In this document: positions 18,789 to 35,395 of the stretch, piece after piece
Layout of the letters: each line of letters begins with the position of its first letter
How positions within the stretch are numbered: the first letter of the stretch is position 1
NCBI GenBank assembly: GCA_037142615.1
Contig: JBAXAI010000029.1
Location: forward strand, 1 to 47,193
Source: Spirochaetales bacterium
GTDB taxonomy: Bacteria > Spirochaetota > Spirochaetia > JABEVK01
Direction: 5' to 3'
Length of the DNA: 47,193 nucleotides
Notes under the pieces: generated by a model
Database searches by the model: none
Seen by the model: the letters and a program-made list of their open reading frames with translations, nothing else
What the model was told of the DNA's origin: nothing
Translations under genes and position numbers: made by a program

Positions 18789-19988
18789 TCAAGCAAGCGG
18801 AGCCTCGACTGTGTCGGAACGGCGAAAGAACAGCGGCGCCAGCATCAAGGCCAGCAGACCAATCGCGATCGGGAGCAGGTAGTACTGCTTGTAGTCGACC
18901 ACGCCGCCCTTGCCGAACCAGTCGAACGCCAGCCCCGTCAGCAGCGCTCCGACAACCGCCGAACTTCCCATGAAGATCAGGCTCATCAACTGATGAACCC
19001 CACCCCGGGTTTCGGGTCGCGTGTGGCCGTCGACAAAGATGGTACCCACAGCGTAGAAGAACGAAAACACGAACCCGTTGCAGGCCAGTGCGGCCAGAAT
19101 CCAAACCGGCCCCAGGTTGGACCACAAGAGGACAAACCGTGTCACCTGCATCGTCAGCCCGATCAGCAGCACGTTCCGGAGACCCCAACGCTTCAGCGCC
19201 GGACCAGTCAACAGCAACAGACCCGCCTCGGTGAACTGCCCCAAGGTCATCACGGGCATGATCTGGCTGGGGGAGAAGCCCAGTTGCAGAAGGTAGGGCG
19301 ACGTGGCGATGTAGTAAAACCGGTCGAGAATGCCGCTCAGAAACCAAAGGATGCCGAACTTGATGAGCCCAGGCTGCAAGAACACCCGGAAAGCCGCCTT
19401 GGGAATCAGTTCGAACTTACGGTCCGGCTTGGCCAAAGGCACGTGAGGCAAAACCATGCTCAAGAGCGCCGCGAACAGGCTGCTGACCCCGCTCACCCAG
19501 AAGATCCAGCTCATTCTGGAACCAGGGAGGAGCCAGAGCAGTCCCATCCCCAGGCCGGCGACGATCCAGCCCACGGTGCCCCACAGCCTTACCTTCCCGT
19601 AGTTTCGGCTCCGGTCGGGCATGCGGGCAAACGACAGCGCGTTGACCAGGGCTCCCGTGGGACCGACAAACAGCGCGTACACGCCAAAGAGCACCAAAAA
19701 GGGCAGAAAGCCTTGAACCAAGGTCAGACCAAAGGCGAGGCCGGCGATCACGACCTGCAACCCGGCGTACAGCAACCTCGCCGAAAGCACCCGATCGACA
19801 ACAAACGCCGCGATGAGGGGTGAAAGCATGCTGGCAAGCTGGTAGACGGTGAGGGTCAAACCAACCTGGGTGCCCGAGAAGTGCAGCGTGTCTTTGAGGT
19901 AGGTGCCGATCACCGGCTGAAAAGCTCCCAGGAACAGCAGTTGAAAAAACATCAACCCCGAGAGCTGGAGGTAGGCGTCGCGCTTCAA
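18789..19988 (-). CDS. MFS transporter (nucleoside:H+ symporter-like)
   Basis: About 12 TM segments; YGKVRLWGTVGW and MTLGQFTE motifs. Confidence 0.85.
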   Translation of the reverse strand: MKRDAYLQLSGLMFFQLLFLGAFQPVIGTYLKDTLHFSGTQVGLTLTVYQLASMLSPLIAAFVVDRVLSARLLYAGLQVVIAGLAFGLTLVQGFLPFLVLFGVYALFVGPTGALVNALSFARMPDRSRNYGKVRLWGTVGWIVAGLGMGLLWLLPGSRMSWIFWVSGVSSLFAALLSMVLPHVPLAKPDRKFELIPKAAFRVFLQPGLIKFGILWFLSGILDRFYYIATSPYLLQLGFSPSQIMPVMTLGQFTEAGLLLLTGPALKRWGLRNVLLIGLTMQVTRFVLLWSNLGPVWILAALACNGFVFSFFYAVGTIFVDGHTRPETRGGVHQLMSLIFMGSSAVVGALLTGLAFDWFGKGGVVDYKQYYLLPIAIGLLALMLAPLFFRRSDTVEAPLA

Positions 19989-19991
19989 GAC

Positions 19992-20483
19992 TTAGTGATG
20001 GTGCCCACCCTCGCCGTGCACATGGCCATGATCCAGTTCCTCTTGCGTGGCAGCACGGACGTCGAGCACTTCGACGTCGAACGACAGGTTCTTTCCGGCC
20101 AGCGGGTGGTTGCCGTCGACGGTCACTTTGCCACCGTCGATTTTGACAATGCGCACGTGGAAGATGTTCCCGTCTTCGTCGTCGTACTGGAACTCCTTGC
20201 CTTCCACCAGTTCCTCAGCATCGTCGAACTCGCTTTTTTCGACCACTTCGATGAGGCTTTCGTCGCGCTCACCGTAGGCGTCGTCGGCGCTCACCGAAAC
20301 GCTCAGCTTGTCGCCCTTGGACTTGCCTTCCAGTTTTTCTTCCAGTCCGGGAATCAGATTGCCCGTGCCGTGAATGTAGCTCAGGGGCTCACCGCCTTCC
20401 TGGCTCGAGGACTCGATGAGCTCACCTTTGTCGTCTTTGAGGGTGTAGTGGATGGTAGCCACAATGTTCGAGGCAATCTTCAT
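19992..20483 (-). CDS. slyD: FKBP-type peptidyl-prolyl isomerase SlyD
   Basis: LIPGLE..L.G, VDGNHPLAGKNL.F.VEV and a His-rich tail. Confidence 0.95.
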   Translation of the reverse strand: MKIASNIVATIHYTLKDDKGELIESSSQEGGEPLSYIHGTGNLIPGLEEKLEGKSKGDKLSVSVSADDAYGERDESLIEVVEKSEFDDAEELVEGKEFQYDDEDGNIFHVRIVKIDGGKVTVDGNHPLAGKNLSFDVEVLDVRAATQEELDHGHVHGEGGHHH

Positions 20484-20804
20484 GGGGAACTCCTTGTCGG
20501 GAACCTGAACTCCGACCTCGGGAGTATATCGAAAATCGAGCTTGCGGGCTAGGATGAGCAGAGGAGGTTAGCCGTGGCTCAAGCCAAGACAGCCTTGAGG
20601 CCGGGGTGGCTGCAGGAGTGCACTATTCGGTGGAGTTCCCGTTGCACCTGCGCGGGGTAGTGCGCACCAGGGTCACCCGATTTCTCGAGTCGCACCACCC
20701 GCACCTGCTGAGGCAGATTCTGAGTCTCTACCAACGGGAGCAGGTGAGCCAAACCTACCTCGACGACTTGCCCCTACGGATGGCTACCAAGAAAGCGCGG
20801 GCCC

Positions 20805-21629
20805 TTACTTGATCGAGCCGACCAGGCCGGCGACGAACTGCTTTTGCATGGCCAGGAAGACGACCAAAACGGGAATCAGAGACACAGTGACAATGACCAT
20901 CAGGCCACCGTATTCTACCGTGTACGCGCTCATCATGGATTGCATCGCCAACGGTAATGTCTTGGTCTTGTCGCTCAAGATTGTGATCAAAGGCCACAGG
21001 TAGCTATTCCACTGGCTGATGAACATCAAGATGGCTGCCGAGGCAATGCCGGCCTTCATGGACGGGATAGCCATTCCCCAGAAGATCTGCATCTCACCTG
21101 CGCCGTCGACCCGTGCCGCTTCCATGATTTCCTTGGGGAACATTTGGAAGTTCTGACGGAGAAAGAAGATCACAAACGCAGACATGGTGAACGGAAGGAT
21201 GATGGCCGCATACGTGTCAAGCAACTGCATGGCCGCAATCAAGCGAAACAACGGCAGAATGACCGCGATCTGCGGCATGATCAACGTGAGCAACAGTACG
21301 CCGAACACCCATTCCCGGGCGCGGGACTGGAACTTCTCAAAGCCGTAGGCGGCCATGGCGTTGACGGTTACCCCAACCACCACGGTAACGACCGCGATAA
21401 TCAGCGAGTTCGCGAAGAACAGGGGCAGGTTGTAGTTGTTGTTCGCCTTGTCCCAGTTTTGCAGGAACTGATCACCGGGAATCAGGGTGCCCTTGACGAC
21501 CTCGTTGGGATTGAGCGTCATTCCCAGCGCCATCCAGAAGAACGGGAAGATGCTGATGAGGCAAACAGCAAGCAGAAAAACGTAGAGCAAGATGCGGGGC
21601 AGGGAGAAGGGTGCGCGGACCTGACTCAT
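20805..21629 (-). CDS. Carbohydrate ABC transporter permease
   Basis: EAARVDGA EAA loop; WNSYLWP. Confidence 0.95.
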   Translation of the reverse strand: MSQVRAPFSLPRILLYVFLLAVCLISIFPFFWMALGMTLNPNEVVKGTLIPGDQFLQNWDKANNNYNLPLFFANSLIIAVVTVVVGVTVNAMAAYGFEKFQSRAREWVFGVLLLTLIMPQIAVILPLFRLIAAMQLLDTYAAIILPFTMSAFVIFFLRQNFQMFPKEIMEAARVDGAGEMQIFWGMAIPSMKAGIASAAILMFISQWNSYLWPLITILSDKTKTLPLAMQSMMSAYTVEYGGLMVIVTVSLIPVLVVFLAMQKQFVAGLVGSIK

Positions 21630-22516
21630 TTGTTTCTTCCTCCCAACACTCGGATCTGGATGATGGCCAAGACCCCAGCCAAGAGAACGATGACGTAAGA
21701 CATAGAAGTGGCGTAGCCAAAGTCGGAGCTGAGCACAAAGGCCTGCCGGTAGATGTAGAGGGCCGCCGTCATCGTCGCGTTGGCTGGCCCACCTTGATTG
21801 GTCAAAATGTTGGGTTCATCGAACAACTGAAGCATGCCACTGGTGCTGGTCACGAGCGAAAAGAGAATGACTGGAAGCAAAAGGGGCAGCGTGATCCGGA
21901 AGAACTGCATGACCTTCGGGGCCCCATCGACCTCGGCGGCCTCGTAGATTTCCGGGTCGATGTTTTGGAGTCCAACCAGGAAGAAGATCATGTTGTAGCC
22001 GGTCCAACGCCAAGTCAACGCCACCATGATCGTGACATTCGCCCAGAAAGGATCGTTGAGCCAGGCAATGGGCTGAGTCAGCAGACCAGCGTCGAGCATG
22101 ATGTTGTTGGCCAAGCCGTTGGTCTGCAACAGGATGCGGAACAAGATCGAATAGGCAACCAGCGAGGTAATCGCCGGCAAGAACAGAATCAGGCGGAAGG
22201 CTCCGCGGAACTTGCGGACGCCGTGGTGCAAGATGACGGCAAACAACAGCGAAAGCGCGATCATCACAGGAACCTGGACGACCATCAAAATGAAGTTGTG
22301 GCCCAAGGAATCCCAGAAAAGGGAGTCCTTGAACATGCGCACAAAGTTTCCCAGCCCAATGAAAGAGTCGGTCAGACCCTTCCATTTGCGGGTCACTAGG
22401 TACAGCGACGAAAGGATGGGATACGCCATGAAGACGGCGAACAGGGCAACAGCCGGAGCTACAAAGATCCAACCACTTCTGTTTAAGTAACGCTCAAAAG
22501 CGCCTCGTGATCTCAT
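21626..22516 (-). CDS. Carbohydrate ABC transporter permease (lactose/galacto-oligosaccharide type)
   Basis: WRWTGYNM, YEAAEVDGA, LQLFDE. Confidence 0.95.
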   Translation of the reverse strand: MRSRGAFERYLNRSGWIFVAPAVALFAVFMAYPILSSLYLVTRKWKGLTDSFIGLGNFVRMFKDSLFWDSLGHNFILMVVQVPVMIALSLLFAVILHHGVRKFRGAFRLILFLPAITSLVAYSILFRILLQTNGLANNIMLDAGLLTQPIAWLNDPFWANVTIMVALTWRWTGYNMIFFLVGLQNIDPEIYEAAEVDGAPKVMQFFRITLPLLLPVILFSLVTSTSGMLQLFDEPNILTNQGGPANATMTAALYIYRQAFVLSSDFGYATSMSYVIVLLAGVLAIIQIRVLGGRNK

Positions 22517-22539
22517 GACGTATTCCCTTCCTTGCAACC

Positions 22540-23829
22540 TTACTGGCTGATCGTCTGTTCGTAGACGGTGGTGGCGTCTTTCAGCACGTCATCAGGAGTC
22601 TTCAGCTCACCCTTGTACATCTTGGCCAGCGAGGCGCTGATAGCGCTGCCCCAAGCATTGTAGTTGGCGGTGTAGCGCAGAGCGGGAACGTTGGCCATCC
22701 ACTTGGCGAAGTCACCGAACACGGCCTGCTTGTTGTAGAAGAACTCATCAGCAGCGGTGTAGTTCGAACCCTTGCCGCTGGGCAGGTAGGTTCCCATGGC
22801 GCCAGCACCCTTGAGGATGGTGTTGTAAAAGCCCAGAGCCGCGGCGTCTTTGCTGGCCCAGACCGACTTCATGAAGTCGATGGCACCGGCCTTGTTGGGG
22901 GCCTTGTCGAACACGTACCAGCTCGATCCACCCCAGTTCGAGGCATTCTGAGCACCCTTCACACCGTCGAGCGAAGGAGTGGGCACAACCATCCACTTGC
23001 CAGCGTTGGTGGGCTGGCTCTTGATGGTTCCCACGATCCAGACGGCGCTCATCAGACCGCCGGCGTCGCCGTTGTTGAACGCGGACACCCAGTTGTTCCA
23101 GCCTTCGGTGGGGTACAGAATGCCAGCGTCGTACATCGACTTGAGGGTGGCAATAGCGGGGCGAATGGCGGCATTGGTCAGGTCAAGCTTGCCGCTGGTG
23201 TTGAACCACTGGGCACCGGCCGATTGGGCCATCATGCGCACGAAGGTCCAGTCGGTGGAGTCAAACGCGATCAGGGGCTTGTTGATCTTGGCCTTGACGA
23301 TCTTGCCCAAGGCGGTGACTTCGGTCCAAGTCATGTTCTTCTGGTACTTGGCGGGGTCGAGTCCGGCCTGCTTCAGGTAGTCGGCGCGGAGGAAAAGGCC
23401 CGTCGAACCCGAGTCAAACGGAATACCGTAGATCTTGGAACCCTGGGTCATCGGTCCGACCTTGTAGGTGGCGAACTGGGTGAAGTCCACACCAGCGGCC
23501 TTCATGTCGGCGAGAACTCCGGGGTAGTTTTCGATCAGCTGTTCAATTTGGAAGTCTTGAACCAAAGCAACGTCGGGGAGCCCTGCGCCACCGGCCTGCA
23601 TGGCAGCCTGCATTTTCTGCATGACGGCGTCGGAGTTCGGGAAGTCGACGATGTCGATGGTCACATCGGGCTTCATCTTGTTGTAGACCAGGGCCGCCTG
23701 CTTCATGGCGTAGCCGTTGAAGTTCGGGTCCCAACACCAAACGGTGACTTTGCTGGGAGCCGCGAAGCCAACTGCGGCGGTGCTCAGCAACAGAGCTACC
23801 GTCAGAACGAACGAAATTGTCCTCTTCAT
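22540..23829 (-). CDS. Sugar ABC transporter substrate-binding protein
   Basis: Signal peptide; VWCWDPNFN, YGIPFDSG, NWGGSSW; SD aggagg. Confidence 0.92.
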   Translation of the reverse strand: MKRTISFVLTVALLLSTAAVGFAAPSKVTVWCWDPNFNGYAMKQAALVYNKMKPDVTIDIVDFPNSDAVMQKMQAAMQAGGAGLPDVALVQDFQIEQLIENYPGVLADMKAAGVDFTQFATYKVGPMTQGSKIYGIPFDSGSTGLFLRADYLKQAGLDPAKYQKNMTWTEVTALGKIVKAKINKPLIAFDSTDWTFVRMMAQSAGAQWFNTSGKLDLTNAAIRPAIATLKSMYDAGILYPTEGWNNWVSAFNNGDAGGLMSAVWIVGTIKSQPTNAGKWMVVPTPSLDGVKGAQNASNWGGSSWYVFDKAPNKAGAIDFMKSVWASKDAAALGFYNTILKGAGAMGTYLPSGKGSNYTAADEFFYNKQAVFGDFAKWMANVPALRYTANYNAWGSAISASLAKMYKGELKTPDDVLKDATTVYEQTISQ

Positions 23830-23890
23830 ATACCCTCCTATGGGTTTTCACTTAGGCTAGACCCGGAGTGAAGATCCCGATAGGGAAGCG

Positions 23891-23930
23891 TGTCACAAGT
23901 TCAGTGACAAATGTCCTTTGCTTTGTCACT
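23891..23930. promoter_or_regulatory. Candidate response-regulator binding sites upstream of the sugar ABC operon
   Basis: TGTCAC-N7-GTGACA, an overlapping GACA-AA-TGTC, and a further TTGTCACT. Confidence 0.5.
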
Positions 23931-24568
23931 CCATCACGAGAGTGTGGATTTGCGCCTCGATGGCGATGCGGATAGCGCCGAAGCGGTCCTTGGCCTCGAT
24001 CTTTTCGTAAAGCGCGCTGACATAATTGCGGATGGTGTGTTTGCCCAGATTGAGCTTGTCGGCGATCTGCTCGTTGCTCAGGCCCTTCGAGATGAGCAAC
24101 AGGATCTTGCGCTCTTTTTCCGACAGCAGCGGGAACCAGGGGGGTGTGAGCGACTTGAGGTTGGACGACGAGCGGGGACGCCCCGACAAGGTTTCGACCA
24201 CCGACTGGCTAAGCACTGTCTGGCCTCCCATGACCGTCAGGATCGAAGACCAGACTTCCTCGGGCGTGGTGTCTTTGAGCAAATACCCGTCGGCGCCGCC
24301 GGCCACGGCTTCTTTGACGTAGGTGTCGTAGCCAAAGGTGGTGAGCATGATCACTTTAACCGAGGGGTGCTTCGCGCGCAGCGCCTTGAGCGTCTCGAGC
24401 CCCCCCATGCCAGGCATATGGATATCAAGAAGCACCAGATCGGGCTGGTAGCGCGTGAGCATCGACAGCGCCTCTTCGCCGGTACCGGCGATCTTGAGGT
24501 CCGCCAGCAGTCCTTCACTCAGACTCGAGAGGATACCGGCCAAGCTGACCGAGAAAAGCTTCTGGTCA

Positions 24569-24597
<29 letters not shown>
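23926..24597 (-). CDS. NarL/LuxR-family response regulator (probable CTG start)
   Basis: AAGGAGG-N6-CTG restores RILIVDD; also PDLVLLDIHMP, LTTF, GYLLK and a C-terminal LuxR HTH. Confidence 0.88.
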
Positions 24598-30868
<6,271 letters not shown>

Positions 30869-30958
30869 CCTACCATTTCATCGCCGGCACGGCGTGTTGT
30901 CTATCGCACAGGCTGAACAGGCATAGCACAAAACGAACATCTGCCCTAGAGTTTTGGC

Positions 30959-31786
30959 ATGCCCCTCCTGTTTCCTGACGCGCCGGGTATCCCCCTCCCC
31001 TTCCGCCTGCGCAGTCTCGGCGTGGGCCACCTGCAAGAGCCCATCCGCCGTCCGTTTGGCTACCCGTATCACCACTGGCTGCAGGTGAAGGCGGGCGTGT
31101 TCCAGTTGGGAATCGGTGACGCCACCGAGTGGGCCCGGGTGGGCGACGGCGTGTACCTGGCCCCCGACGAACCGCACGAGTACCGCTCAGGTGGTGCCGA
31201 CGACCTGATCGTCGACTTTCTCGCCTTCGATGGGCCCGGCATCCACGAGGTGCTGCAAAGTGGACCGCTCAAACGCAGCGGCGTATACCGGTTGGCGACC
31301 CCGGGTTTGGTGACAGGAGTGCTCGAAAGGGCCTGGCACGTGGCGAGCTCCCCCAGTTCCACCGGGGCCATGGCCACAGGGCTCAGGCTGTCGGCCAGCG
31401 TGTATGAACTGCTGGTGGCGCTGGCCGAAGAAGCGGCGGCCACGGGCGAACTGAGCACTTCGTCGCGGTTAGGGCGCCTGGAGCCGGTGCTTTCGGCGCT
31501 GTTGCAACAGCCCGCTCACCCCTGGACGGTGGGTGAAATGGCCGCTTTGCTGGGCCAGACCCCGCAGTCGCTGGGGCGACTGTTCCGCAAAGCGCTGGGA
31601 AGGTCGCCGTTGGAGTATTTGGTGGGACTAAGGCTCAACCGGGCGCTGCAACTGCTGGCCGAGCGGCCCAACCTGCGCGTGCACGAGGTGGGCACGGCGG
31701 TCGGGTACTCCGACACCAGCTACTTTGTGCGCCTGTTCCACCAACGCGAAGGGCTCACACCGGGCCAATTCCAGCAGTTACATTAA
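30959..31786 (+). CDS. AraC-family transcriptional regulator
   Basis: Cupin N-terminus; VGYSDTSYFVRLF...GLTPGQF; divergent from the GH42 gene. Confidence 0.92.
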   Translation: MPLLFPDAPGIPLPFRLRSLGVGHLQEPIRRPFGYPYHHWLQVKAGVFQLGIGDATEWARVGDGVYLAPDEPHEYRSGGADDLIVDFLAFDGPGIHEVLQSGPLKRSGVYRLATPGLVTGVLERAWHVASSPSSTGAMATGLRLSASVYELLVALAEEAAATGELSTSSRLGRLEPVLSALLQQPAHPWTVGEMAALLGQTPQSLGRLFRKALGRSPLEYLVGLRLNRALQLLAERPNLRVHEVGTAVGYSDTSYFVRLFHQREGLTPGQFQQLH

Positions 31787-31800
31787 GCGCAACTGCTGCA

Positions 31801-32826
31801 TTAGCTACCGACGCGGACCACCAGCTTGCCGAAGTTCGCGCCTTCGAGCATTCCCATGAACGCCTGAGGGGCGTTTTCCAGGCCGTCGACAAAGTCCTCG
31901 CGGAACCGGATCTTACCCTGGGCAACCCACGCGCTCATTTGTTCGTAAAACTCGCCGAACCGGGGGCCGTAGTCGTCAAAAATGATGAAGCCCTTCACCG
32001 TGAGGCGCTTGACCAGAATGGTGCCCAGCAGGCTTCCCAAACGATCGGGTCCAGCGGGCAACCCGACGGCGTTGTAGCCCGAAATGAGCCCGCAGACCGG
32101 GATGCGCGCGTGCACGTTGAGCAGGGGCCAAACGGCGTCGAACACCTCTCCGCCGACGTTTTCAAAGTACACGTCGATGCCTTGGGGACAGACCTCGGCC
32201 AGCCGCGCAGCCAGACCCGGCAACCGCCGATCCAAGCAGACATCGAAGCCCAGCTCATCGACCACGTAGCGGCACTTGTCTTCGCCACCCGCGATGCCCA
32301 CCACGCGGCAGCCCTTGAGCTTGGCGATTTGCCCCACGAGGGCCCCCACCGCGCCGCTGGCCGCCGCGACCACCACCGTTTCGCCCGCGATGGGCTTGCC
32401 GATGTCGAGCAGGCCCATGTAGGCGGTAAAGCCCGGCATGCCGAGTACGCCCAAGGCCCACGAAGGCTGGGTCAGCGAAGCGGAAAGTTTGTTGAGCCCT
32501 TCCCCGCCGGAAACAGCGTAGTCCTGCCAACCGCTGTTGCCCAGCACCAGGTCGCCGACCGCAAAAGCGGGATTCTTCGAGGCCTCGACCCGGCAGACGG
32601 TCGCCCCGACCATGGGCTGGCCCACGGCCACCGGCGGCGCGTACGACGGGCCTTCGTTCATGCGGCCGCGCATGTAGGGGTCGAGCGAGAGCAACAGCGT
32701 GCGAAGAAGGACTTGCCCGTCCGAAAGGCTGGGGACCGGACTTTCGACAAGGCGGAAGTTGTCGGCAGTGGGTTTGCCGGCAGGACGGGTGTGCAGGACA
32801 ATCTGACGGTTGAGGGGGTTGTGCAT
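31801..32826 (-). CDS. NADP-dependent oxidoreductase (MDR, CurA/YncB-like)
   Basis: SLDPYMRGRM, GMPGFTAYMGL, AASGAVG, GIDVYFENVGG, NFGKLVV. Confidence 0.95.
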   Translation of the reverse strand: MHNPLNRQIVLHTRPAGKPTADNFRLVESPVPSLSDGQVLLRTLLLSLDPYMRGRMNEGPSYAPPVAVGQPMVGATVCRVEASKNPAFAVGDLVLGNSGWQDYAVSGGEGLNKLSASLTQPSWALGVLGMPGFTAYMGLLDIGKPIAGETVVVAAASGAVGALVGQIAKLKGCRVVGIAGGEDKCRYVVDELGFDVCLDRRLPGLAARLAEVCPQGIDVYFENVGGEVFDAVWPLLNVHARIPVCGLISGYNAVGLPAGPDRLGSLLGTILVKRLTVKGFIIFDDYGPRFGEFYEQMSAWVAQGKIRFREDFVDGLENAPQAFMGMLEGANFGKLVVRVGS

Positions 32827-32831
32827 GGGCG

Positions 32832-32860
32832 ATTGTGGGGAACCGGGAGGCCGGTGTCAA
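32832..32860 (-). promoter_or_regulatory. Sigma70 promoter (likely leaderless)
   Basis: TTGACA-N17-CACAAT-N5-ATG. Confidence 0.65.
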
Positions 32861-32899
32861 TGGAGGTCTGTCCCCCGTTGATTGTGCTATCTTGTCGGC

Positions 32900-33703
32900 A
32901 TGCCTCCCAAGCGCCCCATCCGCCTCGTTGTGCTCGATCTCGACGGCACCACGCTCAGCCCCGACCACCAACTGAACCCCGCCACCATCGCCGCCATCCA
33001 CGAAGCCACCGTCCAGGGCGTCCGGGTCGTGCTGGCCAGCGGACGACTGCCCAAGTCCATCCTCCCTTTCGCTCACGCCCTCGGCCTCGACGGCGTGCAT
33101 TTGGGCCTCAACGGCGGCGTGGCTTTCGGCAGCGACGGCAACCTGCTCCACAAGCACATATTGAACCCGGAGCAGCTGCGCTTTGCCTACCAGGTGTTCG
33201 CCGACCGGGGCTGGGAGCCGGTGATCTTCACCGCGCACGACATTGTTTCGCAGGGTGACAGCGAGGGCGCGAGACTTTTGCTGGCCCTCGGCGAGCCGGA
33301 AGTTCTCAATTATCAACCGGAGCAGTTGGACTCGATCGTCGACCCGGTCAAGGTTCTGGCCATTCTCGATGCCGGTCCGACCGATGCGATGATCGCGGCG
33401 CAGGTCGCCGGGCGCCTTGTCTCGATCCGCAGCGGCCCCCGGTTCTTCGAGCTGATGGCTCCCGGTGTGAGCAAGGGTGCCGCTCTCGCCGAGCTCCTGG
33501 CCGACTGGGGCATCGCCAAGGACGAAACTCTGGCCGTGGGCGACAGCGAAAACGACGAAAGCCTGTTCGACGCGACGGGCTTTGCGGTCGCCATGGGCAA
33601 CGCTGTCCCCGCACTCAAAGCCAAGGCCGACTTTGTCACCGCCAGCAATGCCGACGACGGGGTCGCGTTGGCCCTGCACGACTTTGTCCTGTCAATTCGT
33701 TGA
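32900..33703 (+). CDS. Cof-type HAD-IIB hydrolase
   Basis: DLDGT, ASGR, SKG.AL, GDSEND, AMGNA. Confidence 0.93.
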   Translation: MPPKRPIRLVVLDLDGTTLSPDHQLNPATIAAIHEATVQGVRVVLASGRLPKSILPFAHALGLDGVHLGLNGGVAFGSDGNLLHKHILNPEQLRFAYQVFADRGWEPVIFTAHDIVSQGDSEGARLLLALGEPEVLNYQPEQLDSIVDPVKVLAILDAGPTDAMIAAQVAGRLVSIRSGPRFFELMAPGVSKGAALAELLADWGIAKDETLAVGDSENDESLFDATGFAVAMGNAVPALKAKADFVTASNADDGVALALHDFVLSIR

Positions 33704-33734
33704 CAGGTCCTAGTTGATGACCCAGACTCACGCT

Positions 33735-35096
33735 ATGTACCTCGAAACGACATCAGTCTTCCTGACGGGGAGCATTCTCAGTCTGGGGCTTATCCTTTTC
33801 TCCTGGGCCCTTGCGATGTCGTACCGCGTTTCCCGTTCGTTTCGTTTTTGGGCCGCAGGCAATACCTGTGTCGTTGCCGGAATCGCCCTGCTGATGTCGC
33901 AAGGCAGCCTGAGCCCTTGGGTCTCGATCATCGTCGCCAACTCTCTGCTTGTCGGCGGCCTCGGTCTGGTCGCCCGGGGGCTGGAAGCCTTTGCCGACCG
34001 GCTTACCGCGTGGGGTCCTGCCGTCGCGGCCTACTTGGTCGGGATGCTGGTCTGGGCCCTGTTTACTTTTGTTTGGCCGAGCTATCCGGTCCGGGCCGCA
34101 CTTCTTACCTTGGCTGTGGGCGTGATCAGCTTCCGTGTCATCCGTCTGCTGTGGTCCGACCTATCCGAGGAACGGGTGAACACCCCCTGGTTGATCGGCA
34201 CACTCACCGCCGTGTATCTGGCGCTGACGCTGGGCGTGCTGCTCAACGCGATCGTCGTGGCCCTGAACGGAAGCGAGTCCATTCGAGTTTCGGGCGGCGC
34301 GCCCATTCTGGCGTATCTGATCATGCTCGTTTCGTTGATGGTCTGGACCTTTGGCTTCTTCAGTCTGGTGTTGTTCCGCGACCACCGTCGGCTTGCCTCG
34401 GTGCTCGCCACGCGGGACCGTATGATGGCACTCATCGCCCACGACCTGAGGGGTCCCGTCGGCAGCGTTGCGGCCATGTTGGGCATGGTGAGGGCCCCAA
34501 ATCTGGACGAGGCCGATCGAACCCAGCTGATAGACGCCTCGGCCGAGACCGCCAACGAGGCCGTCACCCTGATGGAGACCCTGCTGGATTGGGCTTTGGC
34601 CAAGCAGGTGAAGACTTCATTGGTGCCCGAACCGCTCGGGGCGCGAGACTTGCTCGCCAGTTCCATGGCGCCGCTGATGGCTCTGGCGCAGACCAAGGGA
34701 GTCCTTGTGGCCACTGTACCGCCCCTCCCACCGGGTCTGGCCGTTCTGGCCGACCGGCGAACGGTGACCACCATCCTGCGAAACCTGCTTTCGAACGCGC
34801 TGAAGTTCACGCCTGTCGGCGGCACGGTGGGACTGTCGGCCCAAGTCGATGGAGATGCCGTTGTGCTGGTGGTGGCCGACACCGGTCCTGGCCTGCCCCC
34901 CGGGCTCATCGAGCGTTTGGGCCGCGGCTACACCCTGACTTCGACACGGGGCACCGCCGGCGAAAAGGGCACTGGTCTGGGCCTTTCGCTGTGCCGCGAC
35001 TTTGCCGAGGCCAACGGCAGTTCGCTGGAGTTCGCCTCTTCCAACCAGGGGACTCGCGTCAGCCTGCGCCTTCCCAAAGCGCAATTTTCCATTTGA
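33735..35096 (+). CDS. Multi-TM sensor histidine kinase
   Basis: About 7 TM segments; IAHDLRGP, NLLSNALKFT, DTGPG, GTGLGL; TTGACA-N17-CAGACT-N6-ATG supports start 33735. Confidence 0.9.
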   Translation: MYLETTSVFLTGSILSLGLILFSWALAMSYRVSRSFRFWAAGNTCVVAGIALLMSQGSLSPWVSIIVANSLLVGGLGLVARGLEAFADRLTAWGPAVAAYLVGMLVWALFTFVWPSYPVRAALLTLAVGVISFRVIRLLWSDLSEERVNTPWLIGTLTAVYLALTLGVLLNAIVVALNGSESIRVSGGAPILAYLIMLVSLMVWTFGFFSLVLFRDHRRLASVLATRDRMMALIAHDLRGPVGSVAAMLGMVRAPNLDEADRTQLIDASAETANEAVTLMETLLDWALAKQVKTSLVPEPLGARDLLASSMAPLMALAQTKGVLVATVPPLPPGLAVLADRRTVTTILRNLLSNALKFTPVGGTVGLSAQVDGDAVVLVVADTGPGLPPGLIERLGRGYTLTSTRGTAGEKGTGLGLSLCRDFAEANGSSLEFASSNQGTRVSLRLPKAQFSI

Positions 35097-35121
35097 CATC
35101 AAGGCATCATTGCCTTATGCT
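35093..35121 (+). promoter_or_regulatory. vapBC promoter with palindromic operator
   Basis: TTGACA-N17-TATGCT; AAGGCA-tcat-TGCCTT lies in the spacer; ATG 7 nt after the -10. Confidence 0.75.
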
Positions 35122-35128
35122 TTGATTC

Positions 35129-35395
35129 ATGAGAACAACATTAACCCTCGAAGACGATATTTCCATCTTGCTCGAACAGCGCGTGGCAGAACAGAAGGTC
35201 TCGTTCAAGTACGCGGTCAATGTGGCCTTGCGCCGCGGTCTGGCAGATGAAGTGCACGAAAAGCCCCCGGTCGCGTATTCCACCCCCGTGGTGTCGCTGG
35301 GCAGGCCCCTACTGACCAATCTCGACCGCGTGGCCGAGGTGCTTGCCGTAGTCGAAGGCGAGGGTCTTGCTGACGCGACTCGGGTCGGCAAGTGA
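35129..35395 (+). CDS. vapB: RHH-type antitoxin
   Basis: MRTTLTLEDD...SFK.AVN.ALRRGL; GTGA overlap with the toxin gene. Confidence 0.85.
   Translation: MRTTLTLEDDISILLEQRVAEQKVSFKYAVNVALRRGLADEVHEKPPVAYSTPVVSLGRPLLTNLDRVAEVLAVVEGEGLADATRVGK

Noticed and set aside
20574-20812. Possible small frameshifted gene after a GGAGG site
   Set aside because: No recognisable family; cannot be supported without a search.
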